Part shown: in pieces, positions 30,570 to 40,002 of the stretch | Position numbering within the stretch: the first letter of the stretch is position 1 | Layout of the letters: each line of letters starts with the position of its first letter | Assembly (NCBI GenBank): GCA_035543375.1 | Contig: DASZZF010000010.1 | Span: 48,032-112,031 of the forward strand | DNA length: 64,000 nucleotides | Reading direction: 5' to 3' | Origin: Candidatus Limnocylindria bacterium | Lineage (GTDB): Bacteria; Chloroflexota; Limnocylindria; P2-11E | Notes under the pieces: model-generated | What the model was told of the DNA's origin: nothing | Database searches by the model: none | Seen by the model: only the letters and a program-made list of their open reading frames with translations | Position numbers and translations under genes: made by a program

Positions 30570-31361
30570 TCAGGCGCTCGCCCCGGTGTACGAACGCAGG
30601 CCGCGGCGCCAGAACCAGGCGCTGAGTACCCACGCCAGCGTGGCGGCCAGGGCAAGCGCTGCGATCCCGAGGGCGTCAACGCGTCCGGCGAGCGCCTGGG
30701 CGGGCACGGTCACCGCGATGCCGACCGGCGCGACCGATGACAAGGTGACCCGCAGCCACCCGGGGTAGATATCCACCGGGAACCGCGACGCGTCGACGAA
30801 GGCGCCGTAGATCACGAGCAGGTTCTCGACGCGTACGAACCAGAACGCGAGCGTCGACAGGACGAGGAGCAACGAGTACATCAGCGCGAAGCCGCAGCCG
30901 AGGGCGACGATGAACCCGGCGACCTGCGCTGCGCTGAGCGCGCTCTCCAAACGCGAAATGCCGATGCCCAGCACGACGAGGCCGAGCACGAGCTGGGCGC
31001 TATTGCGGAGCTTCACGTGCCGGGTGCTGACGAGGAACTGCCCGTTTGCCGGTTTGAGCAGCGTGAAGTCGAGCGTGCCGAGACGGATGTGCTCGAGCAG
31101 CCGCTCGAAGCTCGGGCCGAACAACGTATCGCCGATCCCCTGCACGATGTAGAAGACGCCGAGCAGCACGAGCATTTCGGCCAAGGACCAGCCGTTCAGC
31201 GTGGTCGTGTAGCTGAACAGGATGAGCATCGCGCCGATGCTCGTCACCATGATCATCGCCTGCTGCAACACGCTGAAGATGAGGTTCGTCCGGTACTCGA
31301 GCTCGTACTGGGTCTCGACCTTCGCGAAGACCAAGAGCAACCGAGCGTAGCGTCCGATCAC
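30570..31361 (-). CDS. ABC-2 family transporter permease (second permease of a three-gene set)
   Basis: The GTG at 31361 overlaps the upstream permease stop (GTGA). There are 6 TM helices. The N-terminus VIGRYARLLLVFAKVETQYELEYRTN is typical of the ABC-2 (DUF990-type) family. Confidence 0.75.
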   Translation of the reverse strand: MIGRYARLLLVFAKVETQYELEYRTNLIFSVLQQAMIMVTSIGAMLILFSYTTTLNGWSLAEMLVLLGVFYIVQGIGDTLFGPSFERLLEHIRLGTLDFTLLKPANGQFLVSTRHVKLRNSAQLVLGLVVLGIGISRLESALSAAQVAGFIVALGCGFALMYSLLLVLSTLAFWFVRVENLLVIYGAFVDASRFPVDIYPGWLRVTLSSVAPVGIAVTVPAQALAGRVDALGIAALALAATLAWVLSAWFWRRGLRSYTGASA

Positions 31362-32152
31362 GCGCCGACCGCCGAGTACTGCCGCACGCCCGCGCGCCAG
31401 ATCAGCTGCAGGCCGGCGTACGACACGATCAGCCAGAAGACCTGGCCCCCCATCCACAGCAGCGCCTGGTCGAGCGTCGCCCCACCGCGGAGGATGTCGG
31501 TCGGGACGCCGATGATGTAGCCGAACGGCAGCACGTACGCGATCGACTGCAGGATCCCCGGCATCAGCGCGAGCGGGGCGATCTGCCCTGCGAAAATGAA
31601 CATGATCCGGTCGAATAGCGTCACGGCCGCATTCACCCTCGTGGTCCAAAAGGCCGCGGTCGCGACGATCCAGCCGAGAAAGAACCTGATGGCGGCCGCG
31701 AGCAGCAGGCTCGGGACGAACAATGCGACGTTCCACCATTGCGTCTCAAAGCGCGCCTGGAACGTGATCGCCACGAACGCCAGCGCGGGCACAAGACCGA
31801 ATGCGGTGAAGAACTTCCAGGTGATGTTCTCGACGACCGAGTAATGGAGCGGGTGGAGCGGGCGGAGCAGCTTCGGCGACAGCCGACCCTGCGCGACCTC
31901 GAACTCGAACTCGTAGGCGTTCCAGGCGGTCGTGAAGTGGAGCACCAGGGCCATGCACACGTAATAACCGGCGAAGTCAGCGGCCGAGAAGCCACCGACC
32001 GATCCGCCGCGCGCGGCGGCGACGGCGGTCCAGGCCGCGAGGAAGATGATCGGCCGGATGAGCGAGAACAGCAGGTAGAGGAACATCGACACCCGGTATT
32101 GCGAGGCCTGCTGGAACTGCGCGACCAGCAAGGTCCGGTAGGTGGCGATCAC
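31358..32152 (-). CDS. ABC-2 family transporter permease
   Basis: 6 TM helices. The N-terminus YRTLLVAQFQQASQYRVS is ABC-2-like. It overlaps the ATPase gene stop. Confidence 0.75.
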   Translation of the reverse strand: MIATYRTLLVAQFQQASQYRVSMFLYLLFSLIRPIIFLAAWTAVAAARGGSVGGFSAADFAGYYVCMALVLHFTTAWNAYEFEFEVAQGRLSPKLLRPLHPLHYSVVENITWKFFTAFGLVPALAFVAITFQARFETQWWNVALFVPSLLLAAAIRFFLGWIVATAAFWTTRVNAAVTLFDRIMFIFAGQIAPLALMPGILQSIAYVLPFGYIIGVPTDILRGGATLDQALLWMGGQVFWLIVSYAGLQLIWRAGVRQYSAVGA

Positions 32153-33141
32153 GATGTGGCCTCCGTGGTGAAGACCCGGTCGATGACGTCCTCGATCGCA
32201 GGATCACCGACCGAGATGTCGATCAGCCGCTCGCCGAGATCGTTGACGAGTCGCGCCGCCCGTTCGGGCGCGGCATCCCGCGGGACGTGGAGGGTCACGC
32301 GCGCTTCATCGCGCGACTGGATGTCGCCGTACGCCGCGAGGCCGTCCGCCTCGGAGCCGTCGCGCAGCGTGACCCCGATCACCTTGTAGGGCGCCATGCG
32401 CGACGCAAGCGCCGCGAGATCGCCGTCGTAGAGCAACACGCCGTGGTGGATGACGATGACGCGCTTGCAGAGGGCCACGACGTCAGCCATGTAGTGGCTG
32501 GTGAGGAGGATGGTCGCGCCGGTCCGCCGGTTGTGCTCGGCGATGAATCGGCGGATCCGCGCCTGCATGGACACGTCGAGCCCGATGGTCGGCTCATCGA
32601 GGAACGCGACCTTCGGCGAGTGCAGTAGGCCCGCCGCGAACTCCACCTTCATCCGTTCGCCGAGGCTGAGGCTGCGGACCGGCTTGTGCAGGAGCGGGGC
32701 GAGATCGAGGAGGGCGACGAGTTCATCGAGCGCGCGACGATACTGGTCCTCGGGAATCTTGTAGATCTCCTGCAGGACGCGGAATGAGTCCGACGCCGGG
32801 ATGTCCCAGACGAGCTGGCTGCGGTTGCCCATGAGCAGCGTCATCTGCCGCAGATACTCGTTCTCACGCCGCCACGGGACGAAACCGAGGACGCGCGCCT
32901 CACCACCCGTCGGGTGGAGCAGGCCCGAGAGCGCCTTCAGCGTGGTCGTCTTCCCCGCCCCGTTCGGGCCAAGGAAGCCGACGACCTCGCCCGGCTCGAT
33001 CGAGAACGAGATGCCGGCGACGGCGGGCACGTCTCGGTAGCGACGTCGGACGAGCGCGCGCACGGTCGCGCCGAGGCCCTCTTCGCGCTCGGACACGTGG
33101 AACATCTTGCGCAGCTCGCGCACGTCGATGACGGAGCTCAT
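32149..33141 (-). CDS. ABC transporter ATP-binding protein
   Basis: Walker A GPNGAGKTT, signature LSLGERMK, Walker B FLDEPTIGLD, and a C-terminal extension domain. Confidence 0.9.
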   Translation of the reverse strand: MSSVIDVRELRKMFHVSEREEGLGATVRALVRRRYRDVPAVAGISFSIEPGEVVGFLGPNGAGKTTTLKALSGLLHPTGGEARVLGFVPWRRENEYLRQMTLLMGNRSQLVWDIPASDSFRVLQEIYKIPEDQYRRALDELVALLDLAPLLHKPVRSLSLGERMKVEFAAGLLHSPKVAFLDEPTIGLDVSMQARIRRFIAEHNRRTGATILLTSHYMADVVALCKRVIVIHHGVLLYDGDLAALASRMAPYKVIGVTLRDGSEADGLAAYGDIQSRDEARVTLHVPRDAAPERAARLVNDLGERLIDISVGDPAIEDVIDRVFTTEATS

Positions 33142-33190
33142 CCGCCGGTCAGCCTAGCCAGACGCGCGCGCTGGAATGCGTCGTTGGCCG

Positions 33191-34288
33191 CTAACCGCCG
33201 ATCGCGCGGCGAACGTCCGAGATGCTGACGAAGACGAGCAGGAGGAGCAGCAGCGCGAAGCCGACGCCGTGGATCACCGCCTCGATCTTCGGTGGGACCC
33301 GCCTGCGGAATAGCGCGCCGAGGAGGACGAAGAAGAGCCGGCCTCCGTCGAGACCAGGGAACGGCACGATGTTGATGACGCCGAGGTTCACCGACAGGAC
33401 GCCGACGAGCTTCAGGAACGTCGGGATGCCGAACTGCGCGACTTGGCCGGTCACCCGGAAGATCTCGATCGGCCCACCGACGGCCGGCGGGCCGGGATTC
33501 GTCGCGCTCCGCTGCGCGAAGAGCTGGGCTGGCAGCTCGACGATCTGAGTCACGACGTCACCGGTCAGGCCGGCCGCCTGCGCGAACGCCTGGGGGATCC
33601 CCATGCTCACCGCTGCCTGGACTTCTTCAAGCTGCACGCCGAGCGGACCCTCGCCCTGCGGCGGCTCGGAGCGCGGGACCGCCTTGATCGTGAACGGCCT
33701 GCCATCGCGCTCGAGCTCGATCGCGATCTCCTGGCTCTTCGCGGCTGCCCGGTTCGTGAGGTTGACCATCGCACGGGCGGTGTGGATCTCGGTCCCGTCG
33801 ACGTCCTTCACGAGGTCGCCGACGTGGACACCGGCGACCTGCGCGGGCGAGCCGCCGCTCACCGCGAACACGCGAACATCACCGTTCGGCGCGGTCGTGC
33901 CGGTGGCGAAGGCGATCGTGAGGATCACGAGCGCCAGGACGAAGTTCATCACGACGCCCGCCGCGAGCACGATCGCCTGGGCCCACCATGGCTTGGACGG
34001 GAAGGAGCGCGGATCGCCCTCGCCTTCCTGGCGGATCGAGAAGTCATCCTGGCCGAGGATGCGGACGAACCCGCCGAACGGGATCCAGTTCACGCTGTAC
34101 CGGGTCTCGCCGCGCACGATGCTGAACGCGCGAGGCGGAAAGCCGAAGGCGAACTCGAGCACCTTCATGCCGAGCAGGCGCGCGGTCGCGAAGTGCCCGA
34201 ACTCGTGAACGGCAACGATGAGCGTGAAGGTGATGACGAACAGGACGAGCGTCCGCAGGTCCGTGAAGATCGAGAGGATGCCGGTCAT
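33191..34288 (-). CDS. rseP: RIP metalloprotease RseP (site-2 protease, M50)
   Basis: HEFGHF zinc motif in TM1, a PDZ domain, and a C-terminal NL.P...LDGG motif. Confidence 0.88.
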   Translation of the reverse strand: MTGILSIFTDLRTLVLFVITFTLIVAVHEFGHFATARLLGMKVLEFAFGFPPRAFSIVRGETRYSVNWIPFGGFVRILGQDDFSIRQEGEGDPRSFPSKPWWAQAIVLAAGVVMNFVLALVILTIAFATGTTAPNGDVRVFAVSGGSPAQVAGVHVGDLVKDVDGTEIHTARAMVNLTNRAAAKSQEIAIELERDGRPFTIKAVPRSEPPQGEGPLGVQLEEVQAAVSMGIPQAFAQAAGLTGDVVTQIVELPAQLFAQRSATNPGPPAVGGPIEIFRVTGQVAQFGIPTFLKLVGVLSVNLGVINIVPFPGLDGGRLFFVLLGALFRRRVPPKIEAVIHGVGFALLLLLLVFVSISDVRRAIGG

Positions 34289-35385
34289 GCGCGGGTACCT
34301 GCCGGCTGCAGCTCGCGCCGCACACGGGCATCGATCGCAAGGATCGTCTCGAGATCCGGCGCTCCGCCCGCACCGGCGCCGAGCGCCGCGCCACGACGCA
34401 GCTCCGCGGCGATGTCGGTGAACGCGATCTCGCCGGCCAGGAACCGCGCGACCGCGATCTCGTCGGCCGCGGAGAGTCCGGCCATGGCACCCTGATCACC
34501 GGCGCGCGCCGTTTCGAGGACGATGTCCAGGCACGGGTAGCGCGCCGTGTCGATCGGCCCGAAGTGCAGCGCGCGCGCGCGCGTCCAGTCGAGACGCGGG
34601 GCCGGCGACGGGACGTGCTCCCAGAGGAGAGCGTGCTGGATCGGCAGGCGCATATCGGGCTCGGCGAGCTGGGCCTTCACACTACCGTCGGCGAACTCGA
34701 CCATGGCGTGCACGACGCTCTCCGGGTGGAGCACGACGTCGATGCGGTCATAGGCGATGCCGTAGAGCCAGTGCGCCTCCACGACCTCGTAGCCCTTGTT
34801 GGCCAGCGTGGCCGAGTCGATCGTAACCTTGGGCCCCATGCGCCAGGTGGGGTGGCGCAGCGCCTCCTCCGCCGTGATCGAGCCGAACGTCGCGGGTGCG
34901 CGCTCGCGGAACGGGCCGCCCGACGCCGTGAGCGCCACGCGTCGGACCGAGCTCGGATCGGCGCCAGCGAGGCATTGCCAGAGCGCGCAGTGCTCGCTGT
35001 CGACGGGCCGTAAATGCTTCCCCGCCCCGCCCGCGAGCGCCCGCACGAGGTGACCGGCGACGACGAGGACCTCCTTATTCGCGAGCGCGACATCCTTGCC
35101 GGCGCGGAGCGCGGCGAGGGTCGGCACGAGCCCGGCGATCCCCGGGGTCGCGACCAGGACGAGATCCACGTCGTCACGCTCCACCAGCGCGCCCAAGTCC
35201 TCGGCGCCGGTCGCGACATGCCGCACGCCCAAAGACAGGGCGAGGGCGCGCACCTTGTCGACGCGCGTGTTCGCCGAGAGCGCGGTGACCCGAAGGCGAT
35301 CCGGGTGCGCCGCGACGACCTCAAGCGCCTGACGCCCGATCGAGCCGGTCGCGCCGAGGATCGCGACACGTATCGGGCCGTTCAT
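34285..35385 (-). CDS. dxr: 1-deoxy-D-xylulose 5-phosphate reductoisomerase
   Basis: ILGATGSIG NADPH motif, LANKE, PVDSEH and HP.W.MG motifs. Confidence 0.92.
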   Translation of the reverse strand: MNGPIRVAILGATGSIGRQALEVVAAHPDRLRVTALSANTRVDKVRALALSLGVRHVATGAEDLGALVERDDVDLVLVATPGIAGLVPTLAALRAGKDVALANKEVLVVAGHLVRALAGGAGKHLRPVDSEHCALWQCLAGADPSSVRRVALTASGGPFRERAPATFGSITAEEALRHPTWRMGPKVTIDSATLANKGYEVVEAHWLYGIAYDRIDVVLHPESVVHAMVEFADGSVKAQLAEPDMRLPIQHALLWEHVPSPAPRLDWTRARALHFGPIDTARYPCLDIVLETARAGDQGAMAGLSAADEIAVARFLAGEIAFTDIAAELRRGAALGAGAGGAPDLETILAIDARVRRELQPAGTRA

Positions 35386-35392
35386 CGACCCA

Positions 35393-36058
35393 TCATCCCA
35401 GACGCTCGGCGAGCCACAGCAGCAGGCTCACGAGCACACCCGCCGCGAGGAGGCTGTCAATCCGATCGAGCACGCCGCCATGCCCGGGCAGGAGCGTGCC
35501 CGAATCCTTGACGCCCGCCCGGCGCTTCAGCGCCGATTCGGCGAGGTCCCCAAGCAGCCCGACCGGCCCGATCGCGACCGCGGCGAGCGCGCTCGGGAGG
35601 CGCGGCAGGCCGAACAGCGCGGCGACGCCGAGCACGGTGATCGCGGCAGCCCCGAATCCGGCGATCGTCCCCTCCCAGGTCTTGCCGGGGCTCAGGTGCG
35701 GCGCGATCCGCCGACGACCCCAGCGCGTGCCGGCAGCGTAGGCGACGATATCGGCGGCCCAGGTCGGCAGGATCGCGAGGAGCAGCCAGACCGGCAGCTC
35801 GCCGGCGGCGGCGTGATGCACGAAGGCGGGCCCCGCATCGCGCAGCACGACCAGCGCGAACAGGCCAGCGACCAGGCCCAGCGACGCGAGCGCGAAGAGG
35901 CGCGCGTCGTCGCCGCAGAGCCGGACGATCTCCCTGCCGCCGAGCACGAGCAGGACCGCGGCGAGGAGCGCAAAGACGATCGGCGGCGCCAGCACCGCGG
36001 CGAGGACGACCGCGCCGTAGACGAACGCGGTCCGGAGCCGGGGCCGCGCCGGCCGCAT
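35393..36058 (-). CDS. cdsA: phosphatidate cytidylyltransferase
   Basis: The ATG at 36058 overlaps the uppS stop. It is a polytopic membrane protein with the CdsA C-terminal signature (SALKRRAGVKDSG.LLPGHGGVLDRIDS). Confidence 0.82.
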   Translation of the reverse strand: MRPARPRLRTAFVYGAVVLAAVLAPPIVFALLAAVLLVLGGREIVRLCGDDARLFALASLGLVAGLFALVVLRDAGPAFVHHAAAGELPVWLLLAILPTWAADIVAYAAGTRWGRRRIAPHLSPGKTWEGTIAGFGAAAITVLGVAALFGLPRLPSALAAVAIGPVGLLGDLAESALKRRAGVKDSGTLLPGHGGVLDRIDSLLAAGVLVSLLLWLAERLG

Positions 36059-36753
36059 CAGCGGCCGAACCGCCGCTCGCGCCGGGCATATGACGCGAGC
36101 GCTTGGTCGAGGTGCTCGACCGCAAAGTCGGGCCAGAGCACCTCGGTCGCCCACATCTCCGCATAGGCGACCTCCCAGAGGAGGAAGTTCGAGACACGCA
36201 GCTCGCCGCCGGTGCGGATGAGGAGGTCCGGATCGGGATGCTCCGGTGCGTAGAGGCGTGTCGCGATCGCGGGTTCGTCCACCGCCGCAGACGACAGACC
36301 ATCGTCCACGACCCGTTTTACGGCGTCGACGATCTCGGCCCGGCCGCCGTAGTTGAACGCGATGGTCATTGTGCCGCGCGTGCCGGCGCCGGTGGCCCGG
36401 GCCGCCTCGTCGATCGCGCCCCGCACGCCGTCGCCGAGTTCGGCGAGCCGGCCGATGACGCGCAGGCGGACGCCGTCCTTCACGAGCGTCGGAGTTTCGC
36501 GGCGGATCGTCTCCTCGAGGAGCTTCATCAGCGACCCGACCTCGTCGGTGTCGCGCTTCCAGTTCTCGGTGGAGAAGCTGTACAGCGTCACGTATTCGAC
36601 ACCGCGATCGCGCGCGGCCTTCACGGTCCTGCGGATGGTCTCGACCCCCTGGCGATGACCGGCAATCGCCGGCAGATGGCGCGTGCGCGCCCAGCGCCGA
36701 TTCCCGTCCATGACGATCGCAATGTGCCGGGGGATCGCGCTGTCCTCGGGCAC
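36058..36753 (-). CDS. uppS: di-trans,poly-cis-undecaprenyl diphosphate synthase
   Basis: HIAIVMDGNRRWA, FSTENW.R and RTGGE.R.SNFLLW motifs. Confidence 0.92.
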   Translation of the reverse strand: MPEDSAIPRHIAIVMDGNRRWARTRHLPAIAGHRQGVETIRRTVKAARDRGVEYVTLYSFSTENWKRDTDEVGSLMKLLEETIRRETPTLVKDGVRLRVIGRLAELGDGVRGAIDEAARATGAGTRGTMTIAFNYGGRAEIVDAVKRVVDDGLSSAAVDEPAIATRLYAPEHPDPDLLIRTGGELRVSNFLLWEVAYAEMWATEVLWPDFAVEHLDQALASYARRERRFGR

Positions 36754-36755
36754 GC

Positions 36756-37319
36756 CTATACCGCCAGGATCTCCTTCTCCTTGGTCTCGCCGATCTCATC
36801 CGCCATGAGGACGTGGCGGTCGGTCAGCTTCTGCAGCTGCGCCTCGAGACGCTTCTCGTCGTCTGCGGGGATGCCCGCGCCCTTCGACTTCGTCCGGAGC
36901 TCGTCCTGCGCGTGGCGGCGGAGGGCGCGAATCTCGACGCGGCCCTCCTCGACCTTCTTGTGCAGCTGCTTCACGAGATCCTTCCGGCGCTCCTCGGTGA
37001 GCATCGGGATCTGCAGCCGGATGAGCGTGCCGTCGCTGTTCGGGGTGAGACCGAGCTCGGAGCTACCGATTATCGCCTTCTCGATGGCTTTGATGAGGCT
37101 CTTGTCCCACGGCTGGATCACGATGAGCCGCGGCTCGGGGGCGCTGATGGCCGCGAGCTGGATCAGCGGCGTCGGCGTGCCGTATGCGTCCGCCTCGAGC
37201 ATCTCCACGAGCGATGGGCTCGCGCGGCCGGTGCGCACCGACTGCGCGTCCTTACGGAGGGCGTCGATCGCCTTCTTCATGCGCGCTTCGGTCTGGGCGA
37301 GGACCTCTTCGAGCGCCAT
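36756..37319 (-). CDS. frr: ribosome recycling factor
   Basis: Full-length Frr pattern (RTGRASPSLV, PLTEERRKDLVK). It sits in the conserved pyrH-frr position. Confidence 0.95.
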   Translation of the reverse strand: MALEEVLAQTEARMKKAIDALRKDAQSVRTGRASPSLVEMLEADAYGTPTPLIQLAAISAPEPRLIVIQPWDKSLIKAIEKAIIGSSELGLTPNSDGTLIRLQIPMLTEERRKDLVKQLHKKVEEGRVEIRALRRHAQDELRTKSKGAGIPADDEKRLEAQLQKLTDRHVLMADEIGETKEKEILAV

Positions 37320-37322
37320 GCC

Positions 37323-38048
37323 CTACCCCGCGTGCACGAGGGTGCCGACGTGCTCGCCACGGACGGCGCGCACCATCGCATCCTGCTCGTCGACGTTGAA
37401 TACGATGATTGGGATCTTCCGGTCCTCGGCGAGCGCGGCAGCGGTCGCGTCCATGACCGTGAGGCGCTTCTCGAGCAGATCGCGGTACTGCAGGTCGTCG
37501 TACTTCTTCGCCGACGCATCCTTCCGCGGGTCGCTCGAGTACACGCCGTCGACCTTGTTCTTGCCCATGAGGATGACCTCGGCGTCGATCTCCGCGGAGC
37601 GCAGGGCCGCCGCCGTGTCGCTCGTGAAGAACGGGTTGCCGGTGCCCGCGGCGAAGATGACCACGCGGCCCTTCTCGAGGTGGCTGATCGCTTTGAGCCG
37701 GATGTACGGCTCCGCCACCTCGTTCACCGCGAGCGCGGTCTGCACGCGCGTCTCGACGCCAACCGCCTCGAGCTGCGAGCGGAGCGCCAGCGCGTTGATG
37801 ACCATCGCGAGCATCCCCATGTAGTCGGCGGTCGCGCGGTCGATGCCGTGCTCGGCCACCGCGGCTCCGCGCATGAAGTTCCCGCCTCCGACGACCACGC
37901 CGACCTGAACGCCGAGCGTGTGGACCTTGCGGATCTCCTGCGCGAGGTAGCCGACGTACGCCGGCGAGATGCCGAAGGGCTGATCGCCGAGCAACGCCTC
38001 ACCGGAGAGCTTCAGAAGGACGCGGTGGTACTTCGGCTCCGCGGTCAC
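37323..38048 (-). CDS. pyrH: UMP kinase
   Basis: YHRVLLKLSGEAL, VVGGGN and GTGNPFFTSDTAAALRA motifs. Confidence 0.95.
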   Translation of the reverse strand: MTAEPKYHRVLLKLSGEALLGDQPFGISPAYVGYLAQEIRKVHTLGVQVGVVVGGGNFMRGAAVAEHGIDRATADYMGMLAMVINALALRSQLEAVGVETRVQTALAVNEVAEPYIRLKAISHLEKGRVVIFAAGTGNPFFTSDTAAALRSAEIDAEVILMGKNKVDGVYSSDPRKDASAKKYDDLQYRDLLEKRLTVMDATAAALAEDRKIPIIVFNVDEQDAMVRAVRGEHVGTLVHAG

Positions 38049-38584
38049 GCGGCGTCGCCCAGCTGGAAGCGGACGATCCGCCGCACGCGCACGTTCTCGC
38101 CGACCTTCGCGGCATATTCGGTGACGAGGTCGCCGATCGTCTTCGACGGGTCCTTGATGTACGGCTGATGCAGTAGCACCGCCGTCTCGAGGGCCTTCTG
38201 CTTGTCTCCATGCTCCTCGACAAGCTGCTTGACCTCATCCTCGGTGAGCTCGTCGACATGGACCTTCTTCGGGTTCATCGCTGCGACCTGCATCGCGATC
38301 GCTTTGGCGAGGTCACGGAACTCCGGGTTCCGGGCGACGAAGTCCGTCTCGCTCGACAGCTCGACGAGGACGCCGATCTTCCCGCCGCCGTGGACGTACG
38401 CCTCGACAACGCCTTCCCTTGCGTCGCGGTCGGCTTTCTTCGCGGCCTTCGCGAGCCCACGCTCCTTCAGGATCGCCTTCGCCTTCGCGAAATCCCCCTT
38501 GGACTCCACGAGCGCCTTCTTGCTGTCCATCACGCCGGCGCCGGTCTCAGCGCGCAGCCTGACGACGTCGTTCGCAGTGGTCAT
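38045..38584 (-). CDS. tsf: elongation factor Ts (short form)
   Basis: N-terminal UBA-like LR..TGAG.MD.KKAL, then VEAYVHGGGKIGVLVEL. It lies directly downstream of rpsB. Confidence 0.9.
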   Translation of the reverse strand: MTTANDVVRLRAETGAGVMDSKKALVESKGDFAKAKAILKERGLAKAAKKADRDAREGVVEAYVHGGGKIGVLVELSSETDFVARNPEFRDLAKAIAMQVAAMNPKKVHVDELTEDEVKQLVEEHGDKQKALETAVLLHQPYIKDPSKTIGDLVTEYAAKVGENVRVRRIVRFQLGDAA

Positions 38585-38586
38585 GA

Positions 38587-39528
38587 CTACCTCTCCTCCG
38601 TGACACCGGGTGCGTCCGCCGCAGGCACGGCGAGCGCCACGTCGCTGGCAGCCGCGATCTCGCCGGTGGCGGCGTCCGCGACGGCCTCTTCTTCATAACC
38701 GCCGATCGGGTACTCGTCTTCCTCGGGCTCGTACACACGCGGCGTGCGCTTGGCGCGCGGCACGCCGACCTCGGCGAAGCCGTCCGCAGCCGTCTCCGGC
38801 GCGTAGCCCATGTCCTCCGGGCTCGCCTCCTTGGAGGTGGACTCGAGCGAGGTCCGGCCCTCGATGATCGCGTCAGCCATCTTCTGGCAGATAAGCTTCA
38901 CCGCGCGGATCGCGTCGTCGTTCGCCGGGATGATCACGTCGATGAGATCGGGATCGCAATTCGTGTCGACCATCGCGATGATCGGGATCTCGAGCCGGCG
39001 CGCCTCCTCGACGGCGATGTGCTCGCGGTGCGGATCGACGACGAACAGCGCGCTCGGCGGCCGCTTCAGCTCGCGCACGCCCTGGAAGTACCGGTCGAGA
39101 TGCTGGAGCTCGTCCTCCAGACGCTGCGCGTCCTTCTTGGGCATGCTGAGGAAGTCACCGCGCTCCTTCCGCTCGATGAGCTCGTTCAGGCGGTGGATCC
39201 GTTTCTGGATGGTGACGAAGTTCGTGAGGAAGCCACCGAGCCAGCGCTGGTTCACGTAGTGCATCCCGGCGCGCTTCGCCTCTTCGGCGATCGACTCCTG
39301 GGCCTGCTTCTTCGTGCCGACGAACAGCACCTGACCGCCGTCGGCTGAGAGCTCGCGGATGAACGCGTAGGCCTCCTCGACCCGGGTGAGCGTCTGCTGC
39401 AGGTCGATGATGTGGATCCCGTTGCGCTCCATGAAGATGAAGCGCTTCATCTTCGGGTTCCACCGGCGGGCCTGGTGACCGAAATGGACACCCGACTCCA
39501 GGAGCTGCTTCATGGTGACGACGGCCAA
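38587..39528 (-). CDS. rpsB: 30S ribosomal protein S2 with an acidic/Ala-rich C-terminal extension of about 70 aa
   Basis: The TTG start at 39528 is preceded by GGAGGAACAAGGGAG. The N-terminus is [26 protein letters not shown]. Confidence 0.95.
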   Translation of the reverse strand: MAVVTMKQLLESGVHFGHQARRWNPKMKRFIFMERNGIHIIDLQQTLTRVEEAYAFIRELSADGGQVLFVGTKKQAQESIAEEAKRAGMHYVNQRWLGGFLTNFVTIQKRIHRLNELIERKERGDFLSMPKKDAQRLEDELQHLDRYFQGVRELKRPPSALFVVDPHREHIAVEEARRLEIPIIAMVDTNCDPDLIDVIIPANDDAIRAVKLICQKMADAIIEGRTSLESTSKEASPEDMGYAPETAADGFAEVGVPRAKRTPRVYEPEEDEYPIGGYEEEAVADAATGEIAAASDVALAVPAADAPGVTEER

Positions 39529-39656
39529 TGCGGTTCTCCCTTGTTCCTCCGCCGCACGTTCTGACGCCGCCCTGGTGGGCGGCGCAGGGAACCCCTGCGG
39601 CGTGCGTGATATCGGAGGTCGATCCCCGATCCGACCTCAGTGTATCAATAACGAAC

Positions 39657-39688
39657 AAAAGAGCCCGGGCCGAAGCCCGGGCTCTTTT
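39657..39688 (-). terminator. intrinsic (bidirectional-looking) terminator downstream of the flp pilin gene
   Basis: AAAAGAGCCCGGGC-CGAA-GCCCGGGCTCTTTT forms a perfect 10-bp GC-rich stem flanked by an A-run and a T-run. It lies 18 nt after the flp stop. Confidence 0.85.
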
Positions 39689-39705
39689 GCGTCACGACGT
39701 CGGGT

Positions 39706-39858
39706 CTAGGTGAGGTTGTTGCCGATGTTGCTGAAGATGTTCTGGAGCTGACCGCGGAGGAAGATCATCGCGACGATGACGGCGATGGCGATGACTGCAA
39801 TGATGAGGGCGTACTCGACCAGACCCTGGCCTTCGTCGTCACGGAAGAATGAAAGCAT
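39706..39858 (-). CDS. flp: Flp-family type IVb pilin
   Basis: The ATG at 39858 is preceded by AAAGGGGGA. The product is MLSFFRDDEGQGLVEYALIIAVIAIAVIVAMIF..., with the G/xxxxEY processing motif and a hydrophobic stretch. 50 aa. Confidence 0.8.
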   Translation of the reverse strand: MLSFFRDDEGQGLVEYALIIAVIAIAVIVAMIFLRGQLQNIFSNIGNNLT

Positions 39859-40002
39859 TACTGGTTGTCCCCCTTTCTTCCATGCTCGGCAGGCCGCTGG
39901 CCTGCCCAGGACGAAGTTTAGGAGCGGGGGGCAGGCAGGCAAGTCCCTCTGTAGGGCTATTACCCTCGGCAGAAACCGACCGGATATCGGTCAGTCCGCC
40001 CC

